This document shows, piece after piece, positions 30,189 through 41,872 of a DNA stretch of 64,000 nucleotides (position 1 is the stretch's first letter; each line of letters opens with the position of its first letter). The position numbers were made by a program, and so were the translations under genes. The stretch lies in assembly GCA_964057225.1 (NCBI GenBank), contig OZ059896.1:16864001-16928000 (forward strand), read 5' to 3'. The stretch comes from Auanema rhodensis (lineage: Eukaryota; Animalia; Nematoda). The notes under the pieces are model-generated. The model did not search any database and was not told the DNA's origin. It worked only from the letters and a program-made list of their open reading frames with translations.

Positions 30189-30825
30189 AACACAGTGTAA
30201 TATAACGCAACTGCTGCATCATAACTCAATATGATAGTTTATGATGTATCATTAGCTTAATGAGTATTTACTGAAAGTTACAATTTCTGAATTCATAAAA
30301 ATACTGGAAACATGAACTGAACTTTTTTTAAAGAAAGGGAGCTTTGAAGTCTTACTTTGTGGGTTGTTTTATTAAAAATTAATAGCTTAACACGTTGTTT
30401 AAAATATGATCATGCTGGTGTACCAACTTATGCTCAATGAAATTTTTCACGGGAACTTGAACATTTCTTCATACTTAATAGGTAGGTTAGTTCTGGGCAT
30501 AAGCATAAAAATTTTTTTTAGGGTCAAAATATTCAACATTTTTTCAACTTTGAAATAAAATTAAAAAATCTTTACAAGATAATAGGTAGATAGATATTAC
30601 TTATATCTTGATTATACATAAATAAATTTATATATTTGTGGTAAAACATATAAAAATGAAGCTACTGTACTGTATTTTCATTGTGATGGGACTTTTTTTA
30701 AAAAAAAAGAGAAAAAACTAAGCTTTTAATAAAACAACAAAAGATTCTATATGATGAACAAAAGATACGTTTATAGATATATACATAGATGGATGTATAT
30801 TAATATAATATATATATATGTTTAA

Positions 30826-33160
30826 TCAGCAAGCGTTACAGTATATTCCACAACCAACTTTTTTCTGTAAAACAGTTGTCTTCTCACTATTACAGAATGC
30901 TTTTCCCCGGCTTTCACAGCTGAAAATGAATATAATTTTGAAAATTTCCTTTTAAAGGGTTTGAAATGTATAAAGAAATACTAGTATTTATAAAATATCT
31001 TTATAAGATAAACCTATTCTTCTTTCTCAATTGGAAAGCAGTTAGGCAATTGTGTAACAAATGATGCCAGTTACAACAACGTTATTATTCTCAAAAAAAA
31101 AAGATCTTTTTTAGCAAAAATTCAGAATAATCAATATTATAATATAATTAAGTTCAAACAATTATAAATTAACTATTAGTCTTTTTAGTCGTTTTCTTTT
31201 TCATTTCTTTAACATTAGGAAAACCAATATAATTAAACCAAATATTTCCAAAAGCTTCGGGATACAGACGTTAGAGAAGGGAGAACAGATTTTCGATAAT
31301 TTTATAATTTACACTTTAGGTGCACAAAAGGTTTATTGTTGAAAGTGATTTGAAAAACATCTCAGAACTTGAAGCTTTAACTACTATTGCTGATGTAAAA
31401 GTTATACTAGTCAAATACCTAGTATATACTTTCAATCACATATCACACGAGTTCTGTGCGATGAAGATTGCACACCCACTAGAAACCTTCATATCTTCTC
31501 AGACAAACTACAAAAATTCAGAAAAAATATATTTTGAGTGTTAAAAGATGATAATGAATCTAAAAAAAATTTTAAACAAATTAAAAAATCCTGTTTAAAA
31601 CGAATTTCTGAAGTCTCCGAAATTTTCATAAACTGCTTGAAATATTATTTCGTGAATTTCATGAGTTTCATCAAGAGTTCAGAAATAATTTTTTTAAAGA
31701 ATGTTAAAAGTACACTAAACGTCTATTTTTTATGTGAATGGGAAAATTTGGTTGTACGTTAACCAAGTTCTCTTCATAGATATTCGGTAAGATTCAGATA
31801 TTGAAGCAGAAAAACCTTAGTTATCAATTGAGCTTTATACGTAGAATCATTTTAAAATATTTTTAATGAATTAACTTCTTCCTAATCTCAAATTTTGTTA
31901 TATTAAGATGAATTATTCAAATTAGTCAAAAAACACTATTTTTCCTTATAAATTTAGAAAAAATATTGAAATCAGTTAACATATATTTTGACTGAATATA
32001 AACTATATGAACTCGCAAAATTTTTGAAAATAAAAAAAATTTTTTTTTTGTAGTTTGAAGGGGTTTTCTGGGGCCTCTAACATAGGGGTGTCCCAACTAT
32101 TTCGCACAGGACAGGATTCGTTGTATAGCGAAAGAGAAATTTGATATAAAATTATTATTTTCATGAAAAAATATTTCAAAAATATTTTTTTAAACAAGTC
32201 AATTGTAAAATAGTAATTTTCGGTTTTTGAATGATTTCAAAGTTGTTAGAAACGAAATGTCCTCTTATACTAAATATCATTTACCGTACTTTGTACAAAG
32301 AGAATTATTTTTCTTTTTTAATCAAAAAAAAAAGCTTTTCAATTAACAATCATCAAACGGGCACAACTTTGACTTATAGCATTATCTTTGAATTAACGTT
32401 TAAGCTATTTTGAAACGTTTAATATAAAATGAAGTTGAGAACTAAAACTTTTCAAATATCAAAAATTAAGATCGTTATTCAATTGAATAATTAAGAAATG
32501 TTATGAATAATTGATGTAAGAAACTTTAATTTCCAACTTACTCATCGAATGTGTTAACACAGTGCTCTTGGTCAAAATCTAGAAAGTTGCAGCGTGCACA
32601 GGTACGAGGACAATATAAGTTCATAATCGTTATATATTCCCGATCTGAACACAATTGAACACGAGATTTGCAATCATCTAAGATATCATCACAGTTATAT
32701 TCTGAAAATTATTTGAATTATAAAGGATATGATATCTTATCTTGAAAATTTTACCTGGAGCAAGGGGTTTCTCGAAGCAGAAGCCACAGGTGTAAGCACA
32801 GTTAGCACGTGCAAACTCATATCCATTAGGATTATGACAATTCACACTTTCACATCCATCAAGAAAATCTTTGCAATCTGGTGCTTAAATGAATTACATT
32901 AAGAGTATTCTATGTATTAGTAACAATTACTTCTCTTAATGATATCAGAATCTCGACAGCATAAATCACTGACACAGGTAAAACCAGAAGGGCACTTACC
33001 GGCAAAACATTCTGAAATGAATGCCTTTTACAAGATTCTGAATGCATATACGCTTACTTGAACGTGGTTTGATTAAACAAGTGATGTTAGCAGACGTTGG
33101 AGCTGTTTGAGCTTCAACAATCATATTTAGAGATATGAAGATTATGATAGAAAGTATCAT
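30826..33160 (-). CDS. Secreted cysteine-rich protein: signal peptide, CC-like 6-Cys module and three ShKT domains, 5 exons, ~188 aa
   Basis: Exons 33160-33058, 33011-32931, 32883-32755, 32701-32542, 30919-30826 total 567 nt with GT-AG introns. Signal peptide MILSIIIFISLNMIVEA; module CLIKPRSKCFAGKCPSGFTCVSDLCC; ShKT1 CKDFLDGCESVNCHNPNGYEFARANCAYTCGFC; ShKT2 CDDILDDCKSRVQLCSDREYITIMNLYCPRTCARC; ShKT3 CVNTFDDCESRGKAFCNSEKTTVLQKKVGCGIYCNAC*. Each ShKT ends in CxxxCxxC. Not in the ORF track because the exons are short. Confidence 0.92.
32030..32112 (-). mobile_element. Second, diverged copy of the Tc1-like terminal sequence, inside ShKT intron 4
   Basis: ttttttgtagtttgaagggg...gggtgtcccaactatttcgcacaggac (32044-32112) aligns with tttttttgttgtttgaagtgg...gggtgtcccaattcgatcgaacaggactg (34981-35050) in the same orientation. 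Confidence 0.6.
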
Positions 33161-33167
33161 GATGTAA

Positions 33168-33174
33168 CTGAAAA
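33168..33174 (-). promoter_or_regulatory. Probable SL trans-splice acceptor (TTTTCAG) 7 nt upstream of the ShKT start codon
   Basis: - strand reads ttattttcag|ttacatcATG, the consensus nematode 3' splice site, with no obvious partner donor. Confidence 0.55.
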
Positions 33175-33453
33175 TAAGTTATCATAAAGCTTATAAAGTA
33201 TTTGAAATAAAATTGAATAATCAAACAGTGATACATAAAATTGAAATTATACATAGACAAACTGATTTAGAATGGTTATATCCTATATAAAGATTCACTG
33301 ACTCTTTATTGTATATACAGCTTACATCTGATTCATTATTTGCTCAGATAAATGAATGGTTTTGAGGTAACAGATCATAATTGAACAACATTTGTTAAAC
33401 TTATGTTGAACTTGAACTAAAAATCTAAAAAAGACTCTTATCGGTTTCAAGAC

Positions 33454-33467
33454 TTAGGCTTAGGCTT
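33454..33467 (+). repeat. Interstitial nematode telomere repeat (TTAGGC)2TT
   Basis: Sequence ttaggcttaggctt read directly. Confidence 0.75.
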
Positions 33468-34003
33468 GTGTCTAGTGTTATTAGAATCATCTTATTTGCT
33501 GCTGTTCAGCCCATCAAGAGGCCATTGAGACTCCTGGAAAAGACAAAGATGAAGAAGTTTTGATTGTATATAGCTTCAATTTGTTGTTTTCATTATTGTT
33601 TTCGTACTTTTTGTATTTGAGTCGTGACCGTGTCATGACCGATATACAAATATTATAATCATCGGGTAGTTAATAATAGAGTAGTAATAGGTATAAATCT
33701 TAGTTATATTTATAAATAAATAGTTGTTGTCTGTGTTGTATACTCTTAATAAAGTTGTTTTATAACTATTGTGTTACACAATAATAGAAATTGTACTGAT
33801 ATATCCTTATTGCATTAAGTAGTACTGCTTGTTTCATTCTTATCTCACCGAGAGATTCGTAACGTCTGTGAAATCACGGACACTTCAATGAGACCTGAAC
33901 AACCCCGTAGAAAGACTACTTGCATAATTTAATTTAATTTAACATAATTTCATTCGTTTTGAACCGTCTTTTCTCTTTTTTTTTCTTTAATAGTATCTTT
34001 CAC

Positions 34004-34290
34004 TTTCTGTAACAGTCTCACCATATTTCAGTTGTTCCCAGAACAAATTCCGTCAGAATTTCAAAACAAACAACACAACATCTTCAGAGGTGTTTCTGTT
34101 GTATTTCTGGACATCTGAGGGATTTATGTTCCAGGACCTACGCCAAAAACTCTTCCTTTTCTCATTCTTATAAAGTATTCATTTTTCGTCTCCTGTAACT
34201 AAATTAGAAAAAAATCCTCGTACCTGGCATTCTCAGAAGCTCACTGGCTCTCTCTTTCCTTCTCTCCTTATTTGCTGCTCGGACATGATT
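34004..34290 (-). mobile_element. Degenerate mariner (DD34D-type) transposase fragment
   Basis: - strand translation NLVTGDEK*ILYKNEKRKSFW matches the mariner motif IVTGDEKW.LY.N.KRK..W. PLKMLCCLF*NSDGI..FWEQLKYGETVT matches K.MLCVWWD..GI...ELL..GETIT. Stops and frameshifts are present. Confidence 0.85.
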
Positions 34291-34344
34291 TAGAAATATT
34301 TAAATATCATACACCTAATACTAATTCTAATAATATAAATAATA

Positions 34345-35050
34345 ATACTGAAAACCCCGCAGATATAGCATCTAGAGATTGCACAACACAAGAATTAATG
34401 AATTCAACTTTATGGTAGAACCGACCAACATGAATATCGAAAAAAAGACCAAACAAATTTTCCTCCTTAAAGTATTAAATATTACCACTAGAGAGTACTT
34501 TTCACCTGCCTGTTTATAACTGATATTAAAAGCTTTCGAACTAGAACACAAGCTCTTAGTTTTTTTTGCCAACAATTTTCGTCCCACATTTGAAGGATGA
34601 AGCCGAATCCTGAACATTAGTAGAAGATGCCGGTTCAACTCTGATGACGTGATATCCGGTTGTCGTTCTACGAGGTTATCAATTAAATTATATTTTCCTA
34701 TGTTGTTTTTGCTTTTCGTCCTCTTGTAGCAACTCTGAAAGGTTCTTGAGCATTTTCCATACATCTTGAATCGTAATCTTTGGGATCGTCAGCAGCTCAC
34801 TAATTTTCCATACGCTTAGCCCTTTATTCTTCAAGTTCAAAATACTGTTTTGCACTTCTGTGCTCCTGTGGCAGCTTTCTTGCCCCTGACCATTTTAAAT
34901 TATAAAATTCAGAATTCCATAATGCAAAACAACCAAAAAAATATTATATTCAATTTTAAACCTAAATTAATTTTTTCAAATTTTTTTGTTGTTTGAAGTG
35001 GATTTTGAACCTTTCAGTTGCGGGTGTCCCAATTCGATCGAACAGGACTG
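34345..35050 (-). mobile_element. Degenerate Tc1-like DNA transposon: left TIR plus N-terminal part of transposase
   Basis: End reads TA|CAGTCCTGTTCGATCGAATTGGGACACCC on the - strand (TA at 35051-35052). Frameshifted translation gives MVRG..RKLPQEHR..LSVWKISELLTIPKITIQDV (HTH1), RQPDITSSELNRHL..LHPSNVGRKL (HTH2), LRACVLVRKLLISVINR (compare Tc1 GL.G..A.KKPLIS..NR), VWS..SIFMLVGS (compare WSDESKF.LFGS) and ICGVFS (compare VWGCFS). Confidence 0.8.
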
Positions 35051-35407
35051 TATATGGGGTGAAGCTATAGAAATTGTCAGTAGTGAACAGTATGGACATC
35101 AAAACAGATCAATTTGGGCTTAAAAAAGATACAAGAGTTGGCCAGAAACGCAGAGTCTGATGAGCCTACCAGCAGTATTAACAGGAAAAGAGAAAGGAAA
35201 AGCTCAGCTAACGAAAAACATAAGCATGAGAGAAATATAAAGGCCGGACGGAATCTAACGTTAACAAACGATATCAAGATACTGGCAACTATAGCTAAGA
35301 CAAAGTGTTAACTCAGTGAGAAAAAGTGCATCAAGTGTAGAAGCTTTAACAGTGGATGATTCAACTACCCTACATGCGCATACGACCATTTCCCGCACTT
35401 AATGAAG

Positions 35408-35470
35408 TTTTTGGAAACGCAGGAAATTTTTTTGGAAACGCAGGGTATTTTCTTGGAATCTCAGGGTACA
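35408..35470 (+). repeat. Minisatellite, 3 copies of a ~21-22 bp unit (ttttggaaacgcagg...)
   Basis: ttttggaaacgcaggaaatt / ttttggaaacgcagggtatt / tcttggaatctcagggtaca. Confidence 0.8.
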
Positions 35471-35642
35471 AAATGTAGTAAACCTATGTTGAACTTGAAC
35501 AGAAAATCTGAAAAATAATTATTGACTACTACTTGGAAATCAGCAAACTTATTGTTATCGTAAAGTCCTTAGTCTATACTACAACTACAATATTTCAAAT
35601 GTATGTTTAATGAATAACAAATATAAATACCATGAAATAATA

Positions 35643-35870
35643 AAAAGTTTATTTGAATATTTACGAGTAATTATGTTATAATAATAATAATAATAATCCA
35701 AATCTAAATATTATTATTAATAATAATAATTTCAAATCTAATCATATCATTCTATGCTTCAAAAAACTTGGAAATATAGTTTCAAACTCATATTTTTTTG
35801 ATTTCTTTTCGAAATTTAAAAGAGAAAGAGAGAGAGAAACTTTTTTTGAAATTTTTTAATCTGCCACCCA

Positions 35871-35918
<48 letters not shown>

Positions 35919-36180
35919 ATTCGGCTTCTTGTCATTATCTTCAACATTCCGTTGTATGTTCATCATATTCTGCATCAGTGATTCAATTCATTTTCAAATT
36001 TCATACTTGTCTTCTCATTCCTTGCCTGAATTTTATGAGCTGATCTCAATTATTATGTATTATAATTATTATTTTGTTTTATTAAAAATATTTTATGAAA
36101 AGAAAATTATGAAAATATTTTTTCTTTTTTTTTATTTAAAAATCGAAAATTTTCTAATTTTTCAACAAAATAAACAAACA
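35643..36180 (+). repeat. Direct repeat copy B (~538 bp)
   Basis: Near-identical to 29645-30188; offset 5998 bp. Confidence 0.97.
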
Positions 36181-36236
36181 GAAGTTTAACTCTTATTACC
36201 AAGCTTTAAATGTAAATTTCAAATGTAAAATATTTT

Positions 36237-36342
36237 AAAATTATTTGAATTATGAAGGATATGATATCTTATCTTGAACATTTTACCTGGAGCAAGGGGT
36301 TTCTCGAAGCAGAAGCCGCAGGTGTAAGCACAGTTAGCACGT
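36237..36342 (-). pseudogene. Fragment of a duplicated ShKT gene (3' half of exon 3 plus most of intron 3)
   Basis: 106 bp match to 32705-32810 with 3 substitutions; encodes RANCAYTCGFCFEKPLAP plus the donor site; flanking exons are absent. Confidence 0.92.
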
Positions 36343-36929
36343 TGAAAAACACTTTCCAATATTTCCAATTTAAAAATCTTAAAACGTGGTGATAAATATA
36401 AATAATTTTAAATTTTTAGTTATTTACCAAAAACTGCTTTATTTCAAAATATCGGATAAAAGTGATAATAAAGAAACCCAAATAGGCATCTGAATACTAA
36501 GATTAGGTTAAATGTAAGTTAATTGTGGAAATGTTTAACAAGGAGATTCGTGTAAATTCATTGAAATCAATCTATACTTTGCCGTATCGTCTATTATCTC
36601 AAACTATACAAGGTATATATGTGCATAATAGACAGAAGTTTATTTGAAAATCAGCTGGATGCTAAAAACAGAAAAAAAAATTTTTTTTTCAGGAATACTA
36701 CACTACATGAATTTTTGTAGTTTCATTGTATGTTTTATATACAAAAATAGAATGTATCAAAAGGAAATATTATTAAAATTTGTTCAATTTTTATAGTTTT
36801 ATAATCAAAAGTTGTATTAATAGATACATACCTATATGCAATATAACAAATTCGATTATTTTTATTTCAAATTTATCTTCATCTCTTTTCTACCATGTAG
36901 ATTCTATATATCAGTTATCTCTCAATCTC

Positions 36930-36964
<35 letters not shown>

Positions 36965-38744
36965 AATTTTCTCTCATCCCCTTCTATCTCTTTCTCTAAT
37001 GGTTTTGAAACATTTCTGATTTTGAAATTTATGTAGTTCATATTGAATTTTTACGAATTTAACTAATAACTTTTTTTTTCATTTTACATAATTCTCAAGT
37101 AATAAGTAGAAAACTATTTTATTTTCTCAAAAGGAAATTTTTAATTATTATTTTTTATCTATATTTCGTTATTGTTATAAGTAAGTTAATTAATAAAATA
37201 TTCGTTCTTCTTAAACTTCTGTCATAATTTTTGTAGAGATGTATATATTTGTCTTATTGAGCTAATCAAGATATGAAAAAAATTAATATTTCAATAAATT
37301 GAAGTGAAACGACGAAAGACAAATTGAAAGGAAGAAGAAGCGGTTGTTGTCTCATTAAGCATTGCTTTAAGCATTAACATGACCATGATCGACAACTTTT
37401 CTATCTAATTCTATTCGTTGAAGTAGTAGGGGAGTAGCATAAGATAGGAATGTTCAACTTCATTGCTAGATGAGAAGCACGAATGTATGAATTATCCCCT
37501 TATTTCTATTTAAGCTTTTACATAGTTGATATCAGTTGTCTTCTAAAAATGTTTCCATCAGAGACATCTGTATATTTATATAATTGACTTGTATGTTCTT
37601 GCTGTTTTGCTCAAGCACTGAACCAAGTACTTGATCACATCACTGATTATGCTTCAATTTATAATTTCTTTTCAATTTTGTATTTTCTATTAGAATTAAG
37701 CTATTGCTCGTAGCCTCTATACGTAGCCGTATCTCTACATCTAGATCCACTACATCATCATATAAGAAGTTTTTGTTTGTCATTTTCTATTATGACAATA
37801 GAGCAAAAAAAAAGATTTATTTGAGTAAAAACGTGTAGAAATAGTTTTTTATCCTTTTCAACAGATAAATAGCCTTAGAACAACATTGAAAGTTCTTTTT
37901 AATCCGCCTGAGGCTATATTATCAGATTTAGAACAGAAAAAAACGATGAAGGCGATGAAGAGAACGAAGACATACACCTACCTCGCTCTTCGTTTTCATT
38001 ACTTTCTCCTCATTTGGAACCTTTTCTTTTCAAGTTTTTATTTCTTTTTGCCTATTTATAACGCTATATAGATTTAGCATTGAATTCGAGAACTGCGTCA
38101 GTACTTATGCGATATCAATATACAAAGCTCTCAAACACTATTTGGTAATATCATTTCTTTCGAAGATATTATTTACCTTTTAATCGTCATTACAAGAAAA
38201 AAAAATTCCAAAGATTTGTCTTCTTTATCTTTTTTTACGAAGAGTTTTCTGGGGTATCTATTCTTTGATTGAGAAATATCATATAGGCTTGAGATATTCT
38301 TTAATTTTTGCTTTACCTTACTTTTGAAAGAACTTTTTGCCAATAGTCTAGCCAAGAGCATTTCTTTCATTTCAAAGTTTTTAAATAATTATCAAAATAA
38401 GCTGATTTCACTAATGAACATGATTATAATATATTTCATAACGATAAACTCATTAAATCCCCTTTTAAAGTTCTAAATCTAATACAAAATATCTATACAG
38501 ATAATCATAATTTCTTTATCAATATCTAATAAAGTTTATCACTATTTAATATAATTAAAACTAGGAATATAAGAAGAGATTTTCATCATATGGTTATAAT
38601 TTATCAGAAAATTTTAATTCAAAGTATTGTAATAAATTGATAATTTCAATTGGGTTATCATTTATAAAATTATATTATAAATAGTTTTATTATAGCAAAA
38701 TCTATTAATATTTCTGTCTACCTCAACATTTCTTAGTCCACCTT

Positions 38745-38746
<2 letters not shown>

Positions 38747-38810
<64 letters not shown>
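38747..38810 (+). repeat. (TC)n microsatellite
   Basis: Read directly. Confidence 0.97.
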
Positions 38811-38814
<4 letters not shown>

Positions 38815-39183
38815 TCTTCCTCTTCCTCTCCCTTCATTTCTCTCTTAACATATGCATTTCCCTACAAGTGTTTAGAGTTTAACTTAGCTAAATACAAACA
38901 AATTTTCAACAAATTTTCAACAAATTTCTTTATTTCCGCTTTTTCTTAAGACATCTTCACTCTTAAATATGAGAAGTTTTGGTCGGATCAAAGTCGTAGA
39001 AAGCTCTTCTGCATGGCAATTGCAGTTTGATTTAAAACTCATTATGTGATTCTTCGTCTTTAGGTTATTTGACACTATATAGAGATATATAACACATAGA
39101 AATATTCTCTAGTCTTTCTACTGGATACCGACCAACGCAGGAATAGCTTTCATCGAATTTCCTGCAATAGCTTAATATGCCTT

Positions 39184-39509
39184 TGACGTCAATACTTTTT
39201 TATTTTCGTTTAGAACCCATTTTTATCAACTGACCGGATTCTGAACAAAATTTCAATTTTTTTTACAAAAAGAAGTTTACTATGCTGCTTTGGAAGTTTT
39301 TAAAAGTATCTACTTTTAAAAATGAGCGTTTATGTATTCAGAATTCTTTTTTTTTTGAAATTCAAAAAGGTGGAGCATAAGATAGTTTTCTCACTCCAGA
39401 GAAGAATGATTATTTGAGATTGTTGGTAATTAAATTCAAAATTGAATGGGTGGCTATGTGGATTAAAACTTGACGTCATGAGTTGTATGTCTGTGCTCCT
39501 GACGTGACC
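39184..39509. promoter_or_regulatory. Cluster of CRE/ATF motifs (two TGACGTCA, one TGACGTGA); candidate enhancer
   Basis: TGACGTCA at 39184-39191 and 39471-39478; TGACGTGA at 39500-39507. Confidence 0.35.
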
Positions 39510-41620
39510 CTTGCTTATGCTAATTTGAAAGTTCCAACAGGTCAACTTCAAGCATAAGCTGATGAAGCAGCTTATTGCCGGAGGCGTAAAAAAGGGTGTT
39601 AGCAGATGTCGACAATCAAGATGTGTGCGACAGGTTTAAGACTGAAAGTAAACTCAAAAAAGCGTAACCGGAAATTAGAAAATATATAAACGAGTATTTA
39701 AAATTCTTTTTCTCTACTTATTTTTATTTTTTCATGTTTTGTGAAAAAAGAAAAAGACAAAAAATGAAAGAATGAATGAATTCAATATTCACAGATATCA
39801 GAAAATCTTTTTTTCATTGTCCTAATTAAGCTGTTGAGCACACACAGATATACAACGTTTAACTTTTTCCAATTCATTTCGTCATTTGATTATGCTCCTT
39901 AAGCATCAGCAAATGCTCACAATGCTCTATGAAATGCCGTAGATAGATGAAGACATCAATCTGCTGCACACACATGCATATACGTATCTTCGGCCGTCGG
40001 CTATCTATCCAGATGAATCCATTCAACCTGTCTCATCATGTCATATCCGCTGTTTCCATGTGATTTACATTTCTTGATAATTTCGATTAAATTCTGTGTT
40101 CCACAGTTCAACAGTATGTCCAGAAAAAAAAAGAAAATAAGAAAAGATTGGCGGGAGATATGTTATACAATGCATTCATGCAATATTACCTGTGCGATAA
40201 ACTAACTGTTCTCATTGATGCTTTCAAGTGCTCTTCAACTTACTATCTTGTATCCTCATTATATAGTACATAGTACATCATTCAGTGAACAAATTCAAAC
40301 ACTTTTTCATTTTCATCTATTTTTTAATCTTTTTCTTTCAATCTGATCTTTCAATTAGAATTTCTTAGAAAATTTGGATTTTTTTTTGGCATAAGCACCA
40401 GATGGCATTCAGTAGCTTTCAAAACACCTAGTTAGTAGATTTCTTTTCTCTGAACTCTAAATTGTTTGAATATGATAATGTGCTAATATACTTAGAACAT
40501 ATTGTTACAGTTACTATAAATAATTTATTCAAAAATAAGCTTATATAAAAAATTTTTCTCTATTTCTAACTGGTTCTCTCCTTATTCCTCTCTATCTATC
40601 CATTTATCTATATCTTTTTTTGAATTAACTCATTTCTTCTTTATTTTTTTTTAATTGGCGCTTCTTTTCATTTCTATCTTAGACATGATAACACTACACT
40701 TTCAAATCAGAATATATAATATATAATATAATGGTAAATAATGCGTAAACAGGTCATTTTCCATTTTTTTTCCAAGAAAACTAAGAAAAAAAATAAAAAA
40801 TTCTTGAATATATTTATTCCTCAACAACATAAATGTTTCTTTTTCCATTTTTTCTTCATCAACTTGTATCCGATTAGTTGTAATCATTTGCGCATGCTTG
40901 AAGTACGTGAACAATACTTGACGCAGTTTACGTGAAACGCATTATGAATCTAGCTCATTTGGCTCGATGTGGGCACACAGTACTGTTGTTATATTACCTC
41001 TACGTTTAAAAGCCTCCTCCCCTTTTTTCGGTTATTGCAAACCTCTCTTTCTTTTTGGATCCTCTCTCTCTCTCTTTCTTTCTCTTTCTCTCTCTCTCTC
41101 TCTCTCTCTACTTCACATTACCTCTATACAACCTTTTACTTTTTTATTGAATTCTTCTAACATACATTATTCCACAATGAAATCTTTTACTTGCTTTCTC
41201 GATCAACTCACAGAAACTTGGCTTCATGCTATTTTCGACATTAACCCAATAATCACATATATAAAGAGCATCAAACCTTCATTAAACTGTTTAAGAATTT
41301 AGCTGAGCTGTTCCTTTTGTCTATTTCTATTGACTTAAATTTCTTAATTACAATTTTGATTCCCTTTTTCTCTTTGGAAAAAAATATTAAATTAAATTAA
41401 AAGCCAATTTTCCGAACGATTAGCAGCTTCATTTCGTGTTCAGCTTCAAAATCCGAATTCTTGTCCCCTCACTCGACTTTCTTTGACCATCTTTCACTCA
41501 GTTTCTTAAATTTCTTCTCAACTTCCCGATTTCAAATGAAGATCTTTATTAACTTTTAAATATCCATTGGTTTCTAGCAAAAGCCCAAAATGTATTATGA
41601 ACTTTCCTATAAAATTGTTA

Positions 41621-41872
<252 letters not shown>

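Noticed and set aside
31320-31762. Two adjacent + strand ORFs inside ShKT intron 4 (possible nested gene)
   Set aside because: Non-ATG starts, no recognisable domain and no coherent splice chain; probably decayed insertion sequence.
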